From: Chloroflexota bacterium
GTDB taxonomy: Bacteria; Chloroflexota; Dehalococcoidia; Lucifugimonadales; Lucifugimonadaceae
Direction of reading: 5' to 3'
NCBI GenBank assembly: GCA_027623655.1
Contig: JAQBVG010000001.1
Span: 9,817-73,816 of the forward strand
DNA: 64,000 nt
Shown here: piece after piece, positions 54,159 to 64,000 of the stretch
How the letters are laid out: every line of letters begins with the position of its first letter
How positions within the stretch are numbered: the stretch's first letter is position 1
Made by a program: the position numbers and the translations under genes
Notes under the pieces: generated by a model
Seen by the model: the letters and a program-made list of their open reading frames with translations, nothing else
Databases searched by the model: none
What the model was told of the DNA's origin: nothing

Positions 54159-57100
54159 ATGAGTTTGTCGGGGTTGCTGCCTCTGCTCGGCGAAACAGAG
54201 CAGTTCGCGGCGCTACTAAATAGCCTCAGTGCTCCCAGGGCACGGGCCGCTGTTATAGCACCAGGCCCCGCCACCGATTGTACGGTGGCGGCACTCTGGC
54301 GCGAGTCGCACGCGCCTGTTTTCGTATTAACCCCGAACCCTGAATCGGCCAGGAAACTCCACGATTGCCTGTTTACCTGGCTCGGTGACGACGCTCCGGT
54401 GTTTCATTTTTCCGAGTCGGAAGATATTCCGTTCGAGCGCTACGTTCCCGATATGGGAGCGAGTCACCAGCGGTTGCGTGCGCTGTCGGCTTTGCGCGGC
54501 GAAATAAAGAGTGCGAAACAGCCGCTGGTGATTTCATCGGTAACCGCAGCGGCACAGGCAACGCTTGAGCGGTCGGCTTTCGATTCGTCGACACACTCCC
54601 TGAGCGTTAGAGATCGGATTAACCTCGACGCTCAGATCCGTACGTGGATGGACATGGGTTACGTCCACGAGCCAACTGTAGAAATCCCCGGCACAATTTC
54701 ACGGCGCGGCGGTATTCTCGACATATTCCCGGTATCCCGCGACCGACCTGTCCGCATCGAGTTGTTCGACGATGAGATCGAGAGTATTCGCCAGTTCGAT
54801 GCAGACACGCAGCGGTCGGCCGGAAAAATACGAAGCGTAACGATTCCTCCGGCCCACGAAACCCTTCCACGTATCGCCAGCGAAGACCGTGTGCAGGAGC
54901 TTCTCGGCGGTATGGACTTACTTGGCACGTCCGAGGAGGCGCAACGTCGAATTCCGTCGGAGTTGAGCCGTGCCCTCGCTGGCGAACAACTGGATGAGAT
55001 TTCGTTCTACGCGGGCTTTTTCAATCTTGGCAACGTATTCGACTACCTTCCAGCTGAGAGTTTGATGATTGTTGTGAGGCCCGGAGCGGTTGAGCAAACG
55101 TCTCGATCAATGGACGCCCGGCTGGCGAACCTTCGAGAGATGAAAGAGAAGCGTGGCGACGTGCCAGTTGGGTTTGCACAACCGCACATCGAGTGGGGGT
55201 TCATCGCAGACGCGATTCATGCACGGGCAAAGAGCGTAACGCTCTCGCCATGGGGCATCGATTCAGAAATTCCTGGCGGTGCGCTCGCACTTCCTATGAA
55301 ACTCTCGACCCTGTCGGGAGGCGGTGTCGAAAAGGCACTCGAAGTCGTGAAAAACGGGGTTGCTGAACGGAAGCGCACTGTCGTGATCACGAATCACGCG
55401 CAACGGTTCCACGAACTTGCAACCGAACACGGTATCGAAGCCATCCTTGAAAAGACGATCAAGTCGATACCGGAGCCTGGCGAGATCCACATTGTCACCG
55501 GTCATCTTCTAAACGGCTTCTCGATTGATGCTGCAGATGGCACCCAGGTGTCGATCATGAGTGACGCGGAGGTATTCGGCATCCAGAAGGAGCGTCGACG
55601 AGTCCGCAAACGTCCGATGCGGAACGCACCGGCGCTCGAGCAACTGAAACCGGGGTCCTATGTAGTTCACGTCGAGCACGGGGTTGCCAGATTCTCCGGG
55701 ACGCAGGTCATGGGTGACGAGGGGCAGGAATACCTGGTACTCGAGTACGCGGAAGATGACAAGCTCTACGTGCCGACAGAACACCTGGACCGAATCCAGA
55801 TATATCACGGCACCGCCGATGCTGCGCCACGTCTCACGCGACTCGGGACACAGGAATGGAACAAGGCGCGGACAAGAGCGATGCGGGCAACCGAGCAACT
55901 TGCCGGTGAACTGATCGCACTTTACGCGTCGCGGCAAGTGGCTACCGGATTCGCCGCAATTGTCGACACCCCATGGCAGGACGCGCTCGAAGCAAGCTTC
56001 CCGTACGAAGAGACACCCGACCAACTCGTCACTATTGAAGCGGTCAAAAAAGACATGGAGTCGTCGCGGCCGATGGATCGGCTGGTGTGTGGCGACGTTG
56101 GATATGGCAAGACAGAAATCGCGTTGCGAGCAGCCTTTAAGACGGTCGAGTCCGGTCGCCAGGTAGCAATGCTGGTTCCCACGACGGTGCTCGCTCAACA
56201 GCACCTCGATACGTTTACCGAACGGTTGGAGCCATTTCCGTCAACGGTCGATATGTTGTCGCGATTCCGGAGCGATAGTCAACAGAAAGAGATTATCGAC
56301 AAAATTGCGAGTGGTGGAATCGACATCGTAATCGGTACTCACCGGCTGTTGCAGAAAGATGTCAACTTCAAGAACCTTGGCCTTGTGATCATTGACGAAG
56401 AGCACAAGTTTGGCGTTTCACACAAAGAGCGTCTGAAACGACTTCGCACACAGGTCGATATCCTGACGCTGAGCGCCACTCCGATTCCTCGTACGCTGCA
56501 CATGTCGCTTGCCGGCGTTCGCGACATGAGCACGATAGAGACTCCGCCCGAGGAGCGGTTGCCGATAAAGACTTATGTCTCGGAGGAAAGCGACGACCTG
56601 ACCCGTGAGGCGATCCTGCGCGAGTTGGACCGTGGTGGACAGGTGTTTTATCTTCATAACCGGGTCAAAGATATTGAGCTGGTTGCCAGCAAGCTCCAGA
56701 AGCTTGTACCTGAGGCAGACATCCAGATTGGACACGGCCAGATGGCTGAGGACGATCTGGAGCGAGTCATGGCATCGTTCGAACGTGGTGACTTCAACGT
56801 CTTGCTGTGCACCACGATTATTGAATCCGGACTTGATCTTCCAAACGCGAACACGTTGATTGTCGATCGCGCCGACATGTTCGGGCTTTCGCAGCTATAT
56901 CAGCTGCGGGGGAGGATCGGTCGTGGAGCGAACCGGGCCTATGCCTACCTGATGGTCCCACGAGCGAAACAGCTTACCGAACAGGCCGAGCAGCGCCTGA
57001 ATACGATACTTGCGGCCACCGAACTCGGTGCCGGGTTCCAGGTTGCGCTGCGCGATCTAGAAATCCGCGGCATTGGGAACCTGCTTGGTGCCGAACAGTC

Positions 57101-57728
57101 CGGACAGATATCGGCGATCGGGTTCGATCTGTACACCAAGCTTCTTGCTGAGGCAGTACGGCAGCTAAAGGAAGCGGCGAACAACGGCGCCAAACTATCC
57201 GCACCCCCACCGGAGTTCTCGACGGTGCGTATCGACGTAGGAATCGACGCCCGAATTCCGGACAGCTACATCGAAGATCTCGCTCAACGACTGTCGATCT
57301 ACCAGCGGCTGGCGCGGATCAGAGAGGATACCGAGATCCGCGATCTTGACGAGGAGATTCGCGATCGGTTCGGCCCGATGCCCACTCATGTCAAGTTGCT
57401 GATGCAGATGACCCGAATGCGTCTGCTTGCCGAGCAGGCCGGGTTGGAACACGTTAGCGCGAACGAAACCGTTGCGGTGCTACATCTGAAGCAGCCAACT
57501 GGTGGCGCCCGGACACCGCTCCAGAAACAACTTGGTCTCGGCGTCGATGTGGGTCATATGCAGATCAGGGTAGAGTTGGACCGGGACGATCCCGAGTGGC
57601 TCGACGAACTCATGGCCGTCCTCGAGCAGTTGAAAATGTTCCAGGACCGAATGGTCCAGATGCTTGAGATGGCTCTCCGGCCCACTGCAGATCGCCCCCC
57701 GATTCATGGATCGATGCCTGCCGGGTGA
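54159..57728 (+). CDS. mfd: Transcription-repair coupling factor
   Basis: 1189 aa. Contains a UvrB-homology N-terminus, an RNAP-interacting domain (YVVHVEHGVARF), and superfamily-2 helicase motifs (GDVGYGKTE, DEEHKFGV, SATPIPRT, QLRGRIGR). Confidence 0.95.
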   Translation: MSLSGLLPLLGETEQFAALLNSLSAPRARAAVIAPGPATDCTVAALWRESHAPVFVLTPNPESARKLHDCLFTWLGDDAPVFHFSESEDIPFERYVPDMGASHQRLRALSALRGEIKSAKQPLVISSVTAAAQATLERSAFDSSTHSLSVRDRINLDAQIRTWMDMGYVHEPTVEIPGTISRRGGILDIFPVSRDRPVRIELFDDEIESIRQFDADTQRSAGKIRSVTIPPAHETLPRIASEDRVQELLGGMDLLGTSEEAQRRIPSELSRALAGEQLDEISFYAGFFNLGNVFDYLPAESLMIVVRPGAVEQTSRSMDARLANLREMKEKRGDVPVGFAQPHIEWGFIADAIHARAKSVTLSPWGIDSEIPGGALALPMKLSTLSGGGVEKALEVVKNGVAERKRTVVITNHAQRFHELATEHGIEAILEKTIKSIPEPGEIHIVTGHLLNGFSIDAADGTQVSIMSDAEVFGIQKERRRVRKRPMRNAPALEQLKPGSYVVHVEHGVARFSGTQVMGDEGQEYLVLEYAEDDKLYVPTEHLDRIQIYHGTADAAPRLTRLGTQEWNKARTRAMRATEQLAGELIALYASRQVATGFAAIVDTPWQDALEASFPYEETPDQLVTIEAVKKDMESSRPMDRLVCGDVGYGKTEIALRAAFKTVESGRQVAMLVPTTVLAQQHLDTFTERLEPFPSTVDMLSRFRSDSQQKEIIDKIASGGIDIVIGTHRLLQKDVNFKNLGLVIIDEEHKFGVSHKERLKRLRTQVDILTLSATPIPRTLHMSLAGVRDMSTIETPPEERLPIKTYVSEESDDLTREAILRELDRGGQVFYLHNRVKDIELVASKLQKLVPEADIQIGHGQMAEDDLERVMASFERGDFNVLLCTTIIESGLDLPNANTLIVDRADMFGLSQLYQLRGRIGRGANRAYAYLMVPRAKQLTEQAEQRLNTILAATELGAGFQVALRDLEIRGIGNLLGAEQSGQISAIGFDLYTKLLAEAVRQLKEAANNGAKLSAPPPEFSTVRIDVGIDARIPDSYIEDLAQRLSIYQRLARIREDTEIRDLDEEIRDRFGPMPTHVKLLMQMTRMRLLAEQAGLEHVSANETVAVLHLKQPTGGARTPLQKQLGLGVDVGHMQIRVELDRDDPEWLDELMAVLEQLKMFQDRMVQMLEMALRPTADRPPIHGSMPAG

Positions 57729-57965
57729 TACTGGCACTTTTATCGGGACGCAGGATAAATTTGTCCCGAGAGCGAAGCGCAGGCTACTGCGTGAGTTGAT
57801 GGCATCTCCACGTCTTCGATACTGGCGTTGGTGCTGATCGATTGAATAGCGCCATGTGCGCGATTCCAGGATTCTTCCGGGCAAACAGGGTAGCCATGTT
57901 GCCTGCGTGGTCATGTACCCTGCGGCTCGAAATTGCGTTACCCCCTGATCTCGAGCGGAGCCGAT

Positions 57966-58859
57966 ATGGGCGCAAAGAAACCGTTGACCCCCGAAATTAC
58001 GATTATTGGATGCGGAACTCCGACGCCCCTGCCCGATCGATTCGGCTCTTCGTATGTAGTTCAGATCGGCGATGAGAAGCTGCTTTTCGACTGCGGACCT
58101 GCGACTACCTGGAAACTGGCTCGCAACGGCATTTCAACGACCGAGATCGGCAATGTTTTCTTCACGCATCATCACTTCGATCACGACGCCGACTTCCCAA
58201 CGTTTATCCTGACTCGATGGGACCAGATGGTCCCGCGCGATCGAGTGCTTGAGGTCTATGGACCCCGGCTGACCGAAGAGTTCACGAAAGGGATTATCGA
58301 CGAAGACACCGGTCTGTTCGCTCATGACTGGAAGGCGCGCGTGAATCATCCAGCGTCGCAGATCACGTTCGCCGACCGCGGCGGCATTCTTCCTCGAAAG
58401 AAGCCGGAGGTTGACGCCCATAACATGGGGCCGGGCCTCATCAAATCCGGTGCGAACTGGGAAGTCACTGCGGCCCCTGCCGAACATGTGCAGCCGTACC
58501 TGGACTCTCTGGCCTATCGCATCAATACTCCAGACGGCTCTGTTGTCCTGACCGGCGATACGGCTCCGTGTGACACCGTTACCGATCTGGCGCGAGGTGC
58601 CGATGTCCTGATGATGATGTGCTGGGAGTCGCACGACAGGATGGACGGCAACGAACACTCGCAGGCGTCGTCGTCGATACTAGGAGCTGCCGAGACTGCC
58701 GCCGAGGCGGGTGTAAAACAGCTGGTCATGGTGCACATCGGTGCTCGGCTGACGACGGCCGAGATGAAGGGTCCACGTGAGGTCGAGGCGCAGAAGGCCT
58801 GGAACGGCAAACTCATCTGGGGCGACGAAATGATGAAGGTGCCGTGGCCGGAGGATTAG
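57966..58859 (+). CDS. MBL-fold metallo-hydrolase (RNase Z-like)
   Basis: IIGCGTP...FDCG and HHHFDH metal motif, with a later GDT and a C-terminal H. ATG 57966 is preferred. Confidence 0.8.
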   Translation: MGAKKPLTPEITIIGCGTPTPLPDRFGSSYVVQIGDEKLLFDCGPATTWKLARNGISTTEIGNVFFTHHHFDHDADFPTFILTRWDQMVPRDRVLEVYGPRLTEEFTKGIIDEDTGLFAHDWKARVNHPASQITFADRGGILPRKKPEVDAHNMGPGLIKSGANWEVTAAPAEHVQPYLDSLAYRINTPDGSVVLTGDTAPCDTVTDLARGADVLMMMCWESHDRMDGNEHSQASSSILGAAETAAEAGVKQLVMVHIGARLTTAEMKGPREVEAQKAWNGKLIWGDEMMKVPWPED

Positions 58860-59059
58860 GTGGATTAACCAATTTGGTCTTTTTTTGTAAAACTCGCGGA
58901 TTCAAGGAACGAACGGATGGCGCCAACGAACTCGGGTCACGGTCAATTCAAACGAACCAATTGAGTTTCCCCGGCACAACGCGCGGCGGATCGCGTCAAT
59001 GTGCTCCCACCGATATCCAAAATGTCTTGCACCGTTCGAAATTGGGACAAACGCTCGGA

Positions 59060-61775
59060 TTATCGATACTCGAATACCTGAATGCGCTTATTGGTGCTGT
59101 CAGCAACAATAATCCGACCCGAAGAATCAATCGTTATGCCCCAGGGTACGTTGAACTGGCCATCGCCGGCCCCAAAATTGCCCCATGCGGAAATAAACAC
59201 GCCCTCGGAATCGAATTTTTGATCGCGATTATTCGAGACATCCACGACGTATACATCACCGGCAGAGTCAACCGCTATATCGGCTGCGCCCTGAAACTGG
59301 CCGAGGCCTACACCTGGTTCTCCCCAACTCAAAAGGAATTCACCGTTGGATGAGAATTTCTGGACGCGACTTCCACCGTTTGAAGAGATACTCTCGGACA
59401 CATAGATATTTCCATTTGAGTCCGTAGCGACACCAGCCGGACTGTAAAATTCTCCATCTCCGATTCCTGATCCACCCCAAGATTGTATGAACAGGCCGTC
59501 AAGCGTGAAAACCTGTACTCGATTGTTACCCCGATCAGTCACGATCAGCCGATCAAGCGAGTCTATTGCCACCCATGCGGCCGATCGAACTGCCCTCCGG
59601 CCCCTCCAAACATCCCCCAGGACAGTACAAAATTCATGTTTGTATCGAACTTTTGTATACGGTGATTCCACATATCGGCCACAAAAATGTTTCCTGCAGA
59701 GTCGACGGCAATACCGCGGGGGCTGCTTAATCCGAACTAACCGTTCCCACTCCCGGACGTACCCCAGGTCGCGAGGAAATCTCCCTGAGCCGAGAATTTC
59801 AGTATTTTATGATCTGCGTTCGAGGTGACGTAAACGTTACCGGACGAATCCGTCGCTACTCTGGTGGCATTGTCGAACTGGCCGGCACCATCGCCCTCGC
59901 TGCCCCATTTCGTCACGAACGACGGTGCTGCCTCGCTCATCGTTACTTTTGAAGGATTCGGGATGACCTTGATCCATGCGATCGTGATTTCACCCGGCAT
60001 GTTTGCAGCATCCCAACGGAGCACTCCATAGTCCAACTGCTGTGATATTTGTATTTCAATTTCATGCCAGGCTCCATCGGCGATAACTTCACCAGTTGTG
60101 GATTGGTAATTCCCGTGAGAGGGGCCCCAGAATAAATCGTGGTGCCCGCTACTCGCATTGCTTTTCATGCGGATCTTGATCACTGGGTCGATACCGCCAA
60201 TGTTCTGTACTAACGGACTCCATACCCATGGATCGCCTCCGATACTGTCGAAAGCAAGGCCCTCGGTTGTGGAGCGGAGATTCTGTGCCTGGTTGTTTCC
60301 CGTCCATCCGAATGTCCCCTTACTTAAGTCCCACACGATCGAAGCTACATCTGCGGTTGCGACTCCCGAGATTTGTTCGCCGGCGAATGCCGAAGCCCGT
60401 ACCTCATGCCGACCCGCCTCGCCGTTCGCTATGAATTCGCCGTCTCCAGTGATCATCCCACCAGATGAAGTCCAGGCGAATTCGATATTTGTATGCACAT
60501 TCTCGTACCGGTCTTTCGCAGTAGCGGAGAACTGCTGAGTGCCGTTTTTATCGACATCTACCGATTCGGGGAAAATGGCGATTCGTTCGATTGCTCCGGG
60601 CGCCAGAGTGATATCTGCTGATGCAGATATCTTTATTGAACCCTGAACGATTTCAACGGCCAGTCCAGCCGGGTAGTTCCCGGCAGTTGTGCTCGCCTTA
60701 TATTCACCTGTTCCGCTGACCGAACCGACTACAGGGCTGGTAGACCACGCGGAAACAAATTCGGTGACCTGGTTTCCATAGTCGTCCAGGGCTTCGACGG
60801 AGAACAGCTGCGAGCCGGTGACCGCTATCGAGATTAGCGCTGGCGCGAGATTGACTTCGCTGAGCGGGCCGGGAGAGATAACCACGTCTGCTGACGATGT
60901 AATGGGTCCGTTCGGTTCATCAGTGATACTTGCCGTAATAGCTTGAAGATAAGTGCTCGCGATAGTGGAAGGCGTAAACATTCCCTCAGGACTAATGACG
61001 CCGACAGCAGGGTCGACCTCCCAATCGACAGTGTTAGATATGCGGTTGTCGAACTCGTCCATAACAGCTGCTGAAAACAGCGTGGTTCGGCCAACCACTA
61101 TCGGATCATCTGGAGGCAGAATCCGGACGTCAAACGCTGGACCGGGTTCAACTTCGATTGCATCAGCGAGGACGAAGGTGTCACTGCCGCCAGGTCCAGA
61201 TACCGTGAGTTTCACCGAGTGACGGCCAGCTTTGGTGATCTGGGGATCGGTGAATAATCGGTCGAGGTAAGGTCTCCAATCTCCCAGGTAATATCGTTGA
61301 TCTGCCCTGAAGAAGTATTTGCGAGTTCGACTTCCAATGGCGCCTGACCCGACACCGTATCGAGCGTGAATGATGCAATTGGCGGGGCGATCGGCGTCGA
61401 GGCAGGTGCGGGAGTTGGCGGGACTGATGGAGGCGATGCCGTCGCAGTAGGCGCACCTGGCGTGGTTACAGGATTGGGTGTCGCGGCAGACTCGGGGTCC
61501 GAAGCCGGGGTAGCGGTTGTGCCGGGCGGGACCGTTGAAGTGGAAAGATCGGCGGTGGGCGTTGCTATTGCGCTGGGGTCAACCGTCGAGTCTGGCGCCG
61601 GAGTGTCAGATGGGTTGGCTATGGAGGTTGCGGTGACGTTCGGATCGGGTGTCGCGGTGAGCCGGGTGACTTGAAACACGTCACCGTCTTCACACGCGCT
61701 CAACACGAACATCGCCATGAAGACGAAGACCAGGACTTTCGTCCTTGTCGACAGCCATACTTGGTACCGCATCAC
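59060..61775 (-). pseudogene. Large surface lipoprotein (signal peptide/lipobox, Thr/Pro-rich linker, PKD-like, Ig-like repeats, C-terminal NHL beta-propeller) disrupted by two frameshifts and one TAG
   Basis: - Three track ORFs (61212..61775, 59737..61215, 59060..59671) form one continuous domain series.
- Lesion 1: the PKD motif switches frame at the C4 run 61245..61242 (DYSPIP | QITKAGRHSVKLTVSG).
- Lesion 2: an in-frame TAG at 59739..59737 (GSGNG-stop-FGLSSPRGIAVDSAGNIFV) sits where sibling NHL repeats have Q.
- Lesion 3: a 1-nt loss in the G run 59574..59572 (GQFDRPHG | VAIDSLDRLIV).
- The start MMRYQVWLSTRTKVLVFVFMAMFVLSAC carries a lipobox. Confidence 0.7.
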
Positions 61776-61859
61776 CGACCTCCTGTATTTTCGCCTGAGA
61801 GAAATTGTGACGCCCAGACCACGCGCAGTCCTCGCGAGGTTCCAGAGAATGGAATTTAC

Positions 61860-62699
61860 TCAATCTGCTATTCGCCGCAATGGGAGATCGATCTCAAACA
61901 TGGTCCCTGAACCCGGTTTGCTTGAGGCGGTAACGGTACCACCGTGGAGTTCGACCAACAATTTGCAGAGATACAGGCCCATGCCGGTTCCGGAGCGAAC
62001 ACCGGGTTGGTGCTCGCGTGCCCCGGGTCTGAACAGGGTTCGCAGTTGTTCGTCGCTCATACCAGGCCCGGTGTCGCGAATCCTTATGCGGACACGACCG
62101 CTACTATTGTGGAGCTCGGCGGCAACCTCCGAACCGGAACTGCCGTGAACGATGGCGTTTTCAATGATGTTGGAAAACACTTCTCTGAAAGCTGAGGGAT
62201 CGCCTGAGACGATTGGCTGGGGGTCGCCCGTACTTTCTACGACACCACCGAGCACAATCCCTTTTTCGTCGGCAGCGGGCGCGAGGCCCATCATCAGGTC
62301 CTCGATCATTCCGGGAACGTTGATCGGTTCCATTACGAGCGGCTGATCTGTCATACCTATCCTGACAAGCAGGTCGAGCCGTTCAACCATTGCCGTGATC
62401 TGATTGGCCTCATCGAAAATGGTCCGGCGGGCGACACGCCAGCGTTCTGCGTCTGACGGCACCTCGTTTGTGAACCTTCGAAGGTGACCACGGACGATTT
62501 CGCCGGACGACTTGAGGTGGTGGCTCAACCTGCTGAACGCGAGATACAGGTTCGCATCGGTAGCTGGTATCTGCGACGGTGTCGCATTAGAACTGATTCT
62601 TCGTCTGATGAAGTAGCCGAGGATCGCACCAACAATGAGTACGCCGATTATCAGTGCGATGAACGCGGGCAGGCGAGATTGAAAAACCAGGTCTCCCAT
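61860..62699 (-). CDS. Sensor histidine kinase (one TM helix, DHp + HATPase_c)
   Basis: TM helix LPAFIALIIGVLIVGAILGYFI, H-box FSRLSHHLKS, N-box IIENAIVHG, G1 RDTGPGM and G2 GTGMGL. Confidence 0.8.
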   Translation of the reverse strand: MGDLVFQSRLPAFIALIIGVLIVGAILGYFIRRRISSNATPSQIPATDANLYLAFSRLSHHLKSSGEIVRGHLRRFTNEVPSDAERWRVARRTIFDEANQITAMVERLDLLVRIGMTDQPLVMEPINVPGMIEDLMMGLAPAADEKGIVLGGVVESTGDPQPIVSGDPSAFREVFSNIIENAIVHGSSGSEVAAELHNSSGRVRIRIRDTGPGMSDEQLRTLFRPGAREHQPGVRSGTGMGLYLCKLLVELHGGTVTASSKPGSGTMFEIDLPLRRIAD

Positions 62700-63608
62700 T
62701 TATGAATCCGATGTCCTGGTTCCACCAAATCGATAACCGAAACGGTGGTAGGTGATCACGAAGGTCGGATTTCGAGGGTCTGGCTCAATCAATTCCCTGA
62801 GTCGGTAAATGAGGCTCTGGAGTGCTCGGTCGGTGTCGGCATCGGCCTGAGCGCCCCCGGCAGCAGCCAGCAGGGCAGTCTTGGTAACTCCCTTCCCTTC
62901 ATTGATGGCCAGTGTGCGCAGGATTCGAAACTGGGCAGCGGAGAGCTTCACGTCCTTCCAGTCACCGTTCATGCGAACTTGAACACGTTCTGTCTCGAAG
63001 TCGATTTGCAGGCGATCGTCGTATTCAGTAGTCGGGAGCTTCTCGTGGAGGTGGGCCTTGATGCGAGTAATCAACTCGTCGATATCTGACTTTCGTTCGA
63101 GAAACTCGGTCGGTATCAGACCCATGCTTTGCTCAATACGCCGAAGCTCTTCACGCTTTGAGATGTAATCAGTGGCACCGACAGAGAAAGCCTGTCTCAT
63201 CGTGCCGGATTCGTCTGTTCGATCTTTCACCGTCAGGAATATGACCGGGACCTTGTGCCCCGCTTCGCGAATCTTCTTGCAGACGTCGAGGCCGCCAAGT
63301 GCCGGGTCCCCAAGCATGACATCGAGGACGACCATATCGGGACGTTCGGACTCGATCCTGGCGAGGGCCTCGGCGCCGGAACCAGCCGAAACGTAGTTGA
63401 AGCCAGCGGCGCGCAGTTCAGGGCCGACAAACGAGATAACGTTCGGATTGTCGTCGACGTGCAATATTTTCGGAGTGGTTGGATTGCGGTTCAAAGAGTT
63501 TTTCCGATGACATAGATCGAACCGGCCGGTTGGGGAACATCCGATCGTTTGGTCGCCATACTCGGTCTGGAGTGGTGATGGCTGCCAGATTATGGCATCA
63601 GACACCAC
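62700..63608 (-). CDS. Response regulator, REC + OmpR/PhoB-type winged-helix output
   Basis: ILHVDDNP, MVVLDVML, FLTVKD (REC) and C-terminal LIYRLRELIE...ITYHRFGYRF (Trans_reg_C). The real start is probably TTG 63494 (MNRNPTTPKILHVDD). TAA stop abuts the kinase ATG. Confidence 0.8.
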   Translation of the reverse strand: MVSDAIIWQPSPLQTEYGDQTIGCSPTGRFDLCHRKNSLNRNPTTPKILHVDDNPNVISFVGPELRAAGFNYVSAGSGAEALARIESERPDMVVLDVMLGDPALGGLDVCKKIREAGHKVPVIFLTVKDRTDESGTMRQAFSVGATDYISKREELRRIEQSMGLIPTEFLERKSDIDELITRIKAHLHEKLPTTEYDDRLQIDFETERVQVRMNGDWKDVKLSAAQFRILRTLAINEGKGVTKTALLAAAGGAQADADTDRALQSLIYRLRELIEPDPRNPTFVITYHRFGYRFGGTRTSDS

Positions 63609-63724
63609 GCGTGAATCTCGCGAACGACCCAGTATGACTTTCGAATTCGAATACGCAATATCACTGGCGATTCGCTCAATTCAACTCAACCGCGGGCGGG
63701 TGGCGGCGCTAATATGACCCGGCC

Positions 63725-64000
63725 ATGATGACAACCAACAAGAAATACCCGAATCCCAATCCGCTGGAGGTCACCGCTGAGAGCGATCTCGAGATGACCG
63801 CGCGAGATGGAGTGGTTTTACGTGCCGATGTCTACCACCCGAAAGGCGACGGCAAGTATCCCGTTCTTGTGTGTCGCACTCCCTACCAGAAGCTGACTCC
63901 CCGCTACATAGAGACTGCGACCGATCTGGCGCAGCGCGGGTATTGCTTGGTTTTGCAGGACTTCAGGGGTCGCTACGCATCGGACGGCGATTACGAATGG
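63725..64000 (+). CDS. CocE/NonD-family (X-Pro dipeptidyl-peptidase S15-like) hydrolase, N-terminal 92 codons; continues beyond the window
   Basis: ATG 63725 gives MMTTNKKYPNPNPLEVTAESDLEMTARDGVVLRADVYHPKGDGKYPVLVCRTPYQK...FRGRYASDG. The DG..L.adVy.P...g..PvLl.rtPY pattern is typical of this family. The frame is open to position 64000. Confidence 0.6.
   Translation, partial: MMTTNKKYPNPNPLEVTAESDLEMTARDGVVLRADVYHPKGDGKYPVLVCRTPYQKLTPRYIETATDLAQRGYCLVLQDFRGRYASDGDYEW

Noticed and set aside
59737-59739. In-frame TAG in the NHL-repeat gene as possible pyrrolysine or a stop-codon reassignment; likewise the TAA in thpR (38612..38614)
   Set aside because: TAG terminates glmS and a trkA gene, and TAA terminates cobB and the response regulator, in this same window. 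The TAG column is Gln/Glu in all sibling NHL repeats, one mutation from CAG, and the same gene also has two frameshifts. A nonsense lesion is the simpler reading.

Overview
This is a 64-kb chromosomal segment of about 55% GC, tightly packed with roughly 58 protein-coding genes. No rRNA, tRNA, CRISPR array or transposase/integrase gene was recognised. All calls come from reading motifs by eye; no database search was run.

Most of the content is housekeeping: recF, apt, mazG, lysA, holB, cmk, plsC, glmS, the dnaG-rpoD operon, fpg-like, pheA, ileS, map, proBA and mfd. Interspersed are MFS transporters, TrkA/RCK proteins, a folate/C1 methyl-transfer pair, oxygenase/amidohydrolase-type enzymes and a two-component system.

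The T-box leader on ileS, the archaeal-type MAP, the type-2 IleRS and the enzyme repertoire suggest a Chloroflexota-like (possibly marine SAR202/Dehalococcoidia-like) bacterium. That placement is inference only.

**Selenocysteine recoding (main result).**
- selD (6566..7618, minus strand) carries an in-frame TGA at the catalytic Cys/Sec position. The ORF track truncates the gene there.
- About 3.8 kb away, two same-frame track ORFs (2409..2780 and 2844..3500) are really one DUF3179-family gene. It is interrupted only by a TGA that replaces the first Cys of the family's conserved CPLC motif, giving U-P-L-C.
- Each TGA is followed by a strong hairpin with a G/U-containing loop, consistent with a bacterial SECIS element.
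- The DUF3179 gene is therefore a candidate undescribed selenoprotein.

**Other points.**
- A 0.9-kb ORF-poor gap is strongly enriched in TGGCAC hexamers and bounded by two 13-bp GTGCCA-N-TGGCAC palindromes.
- A T-box riboswitch lies upstream of ileS.
- Two genes are disrupted: thpR by a TAA, and a large PKD/NHL surface lipoprotein by two homopolymer frameshifts plus a TAG.
- A 27-codon Cys-rich ORF sits in front of an intrinsic terminator.
- A hexanucleotide tandem repeat lies in a divergent promoter region.
- recF has a probable ATT start.
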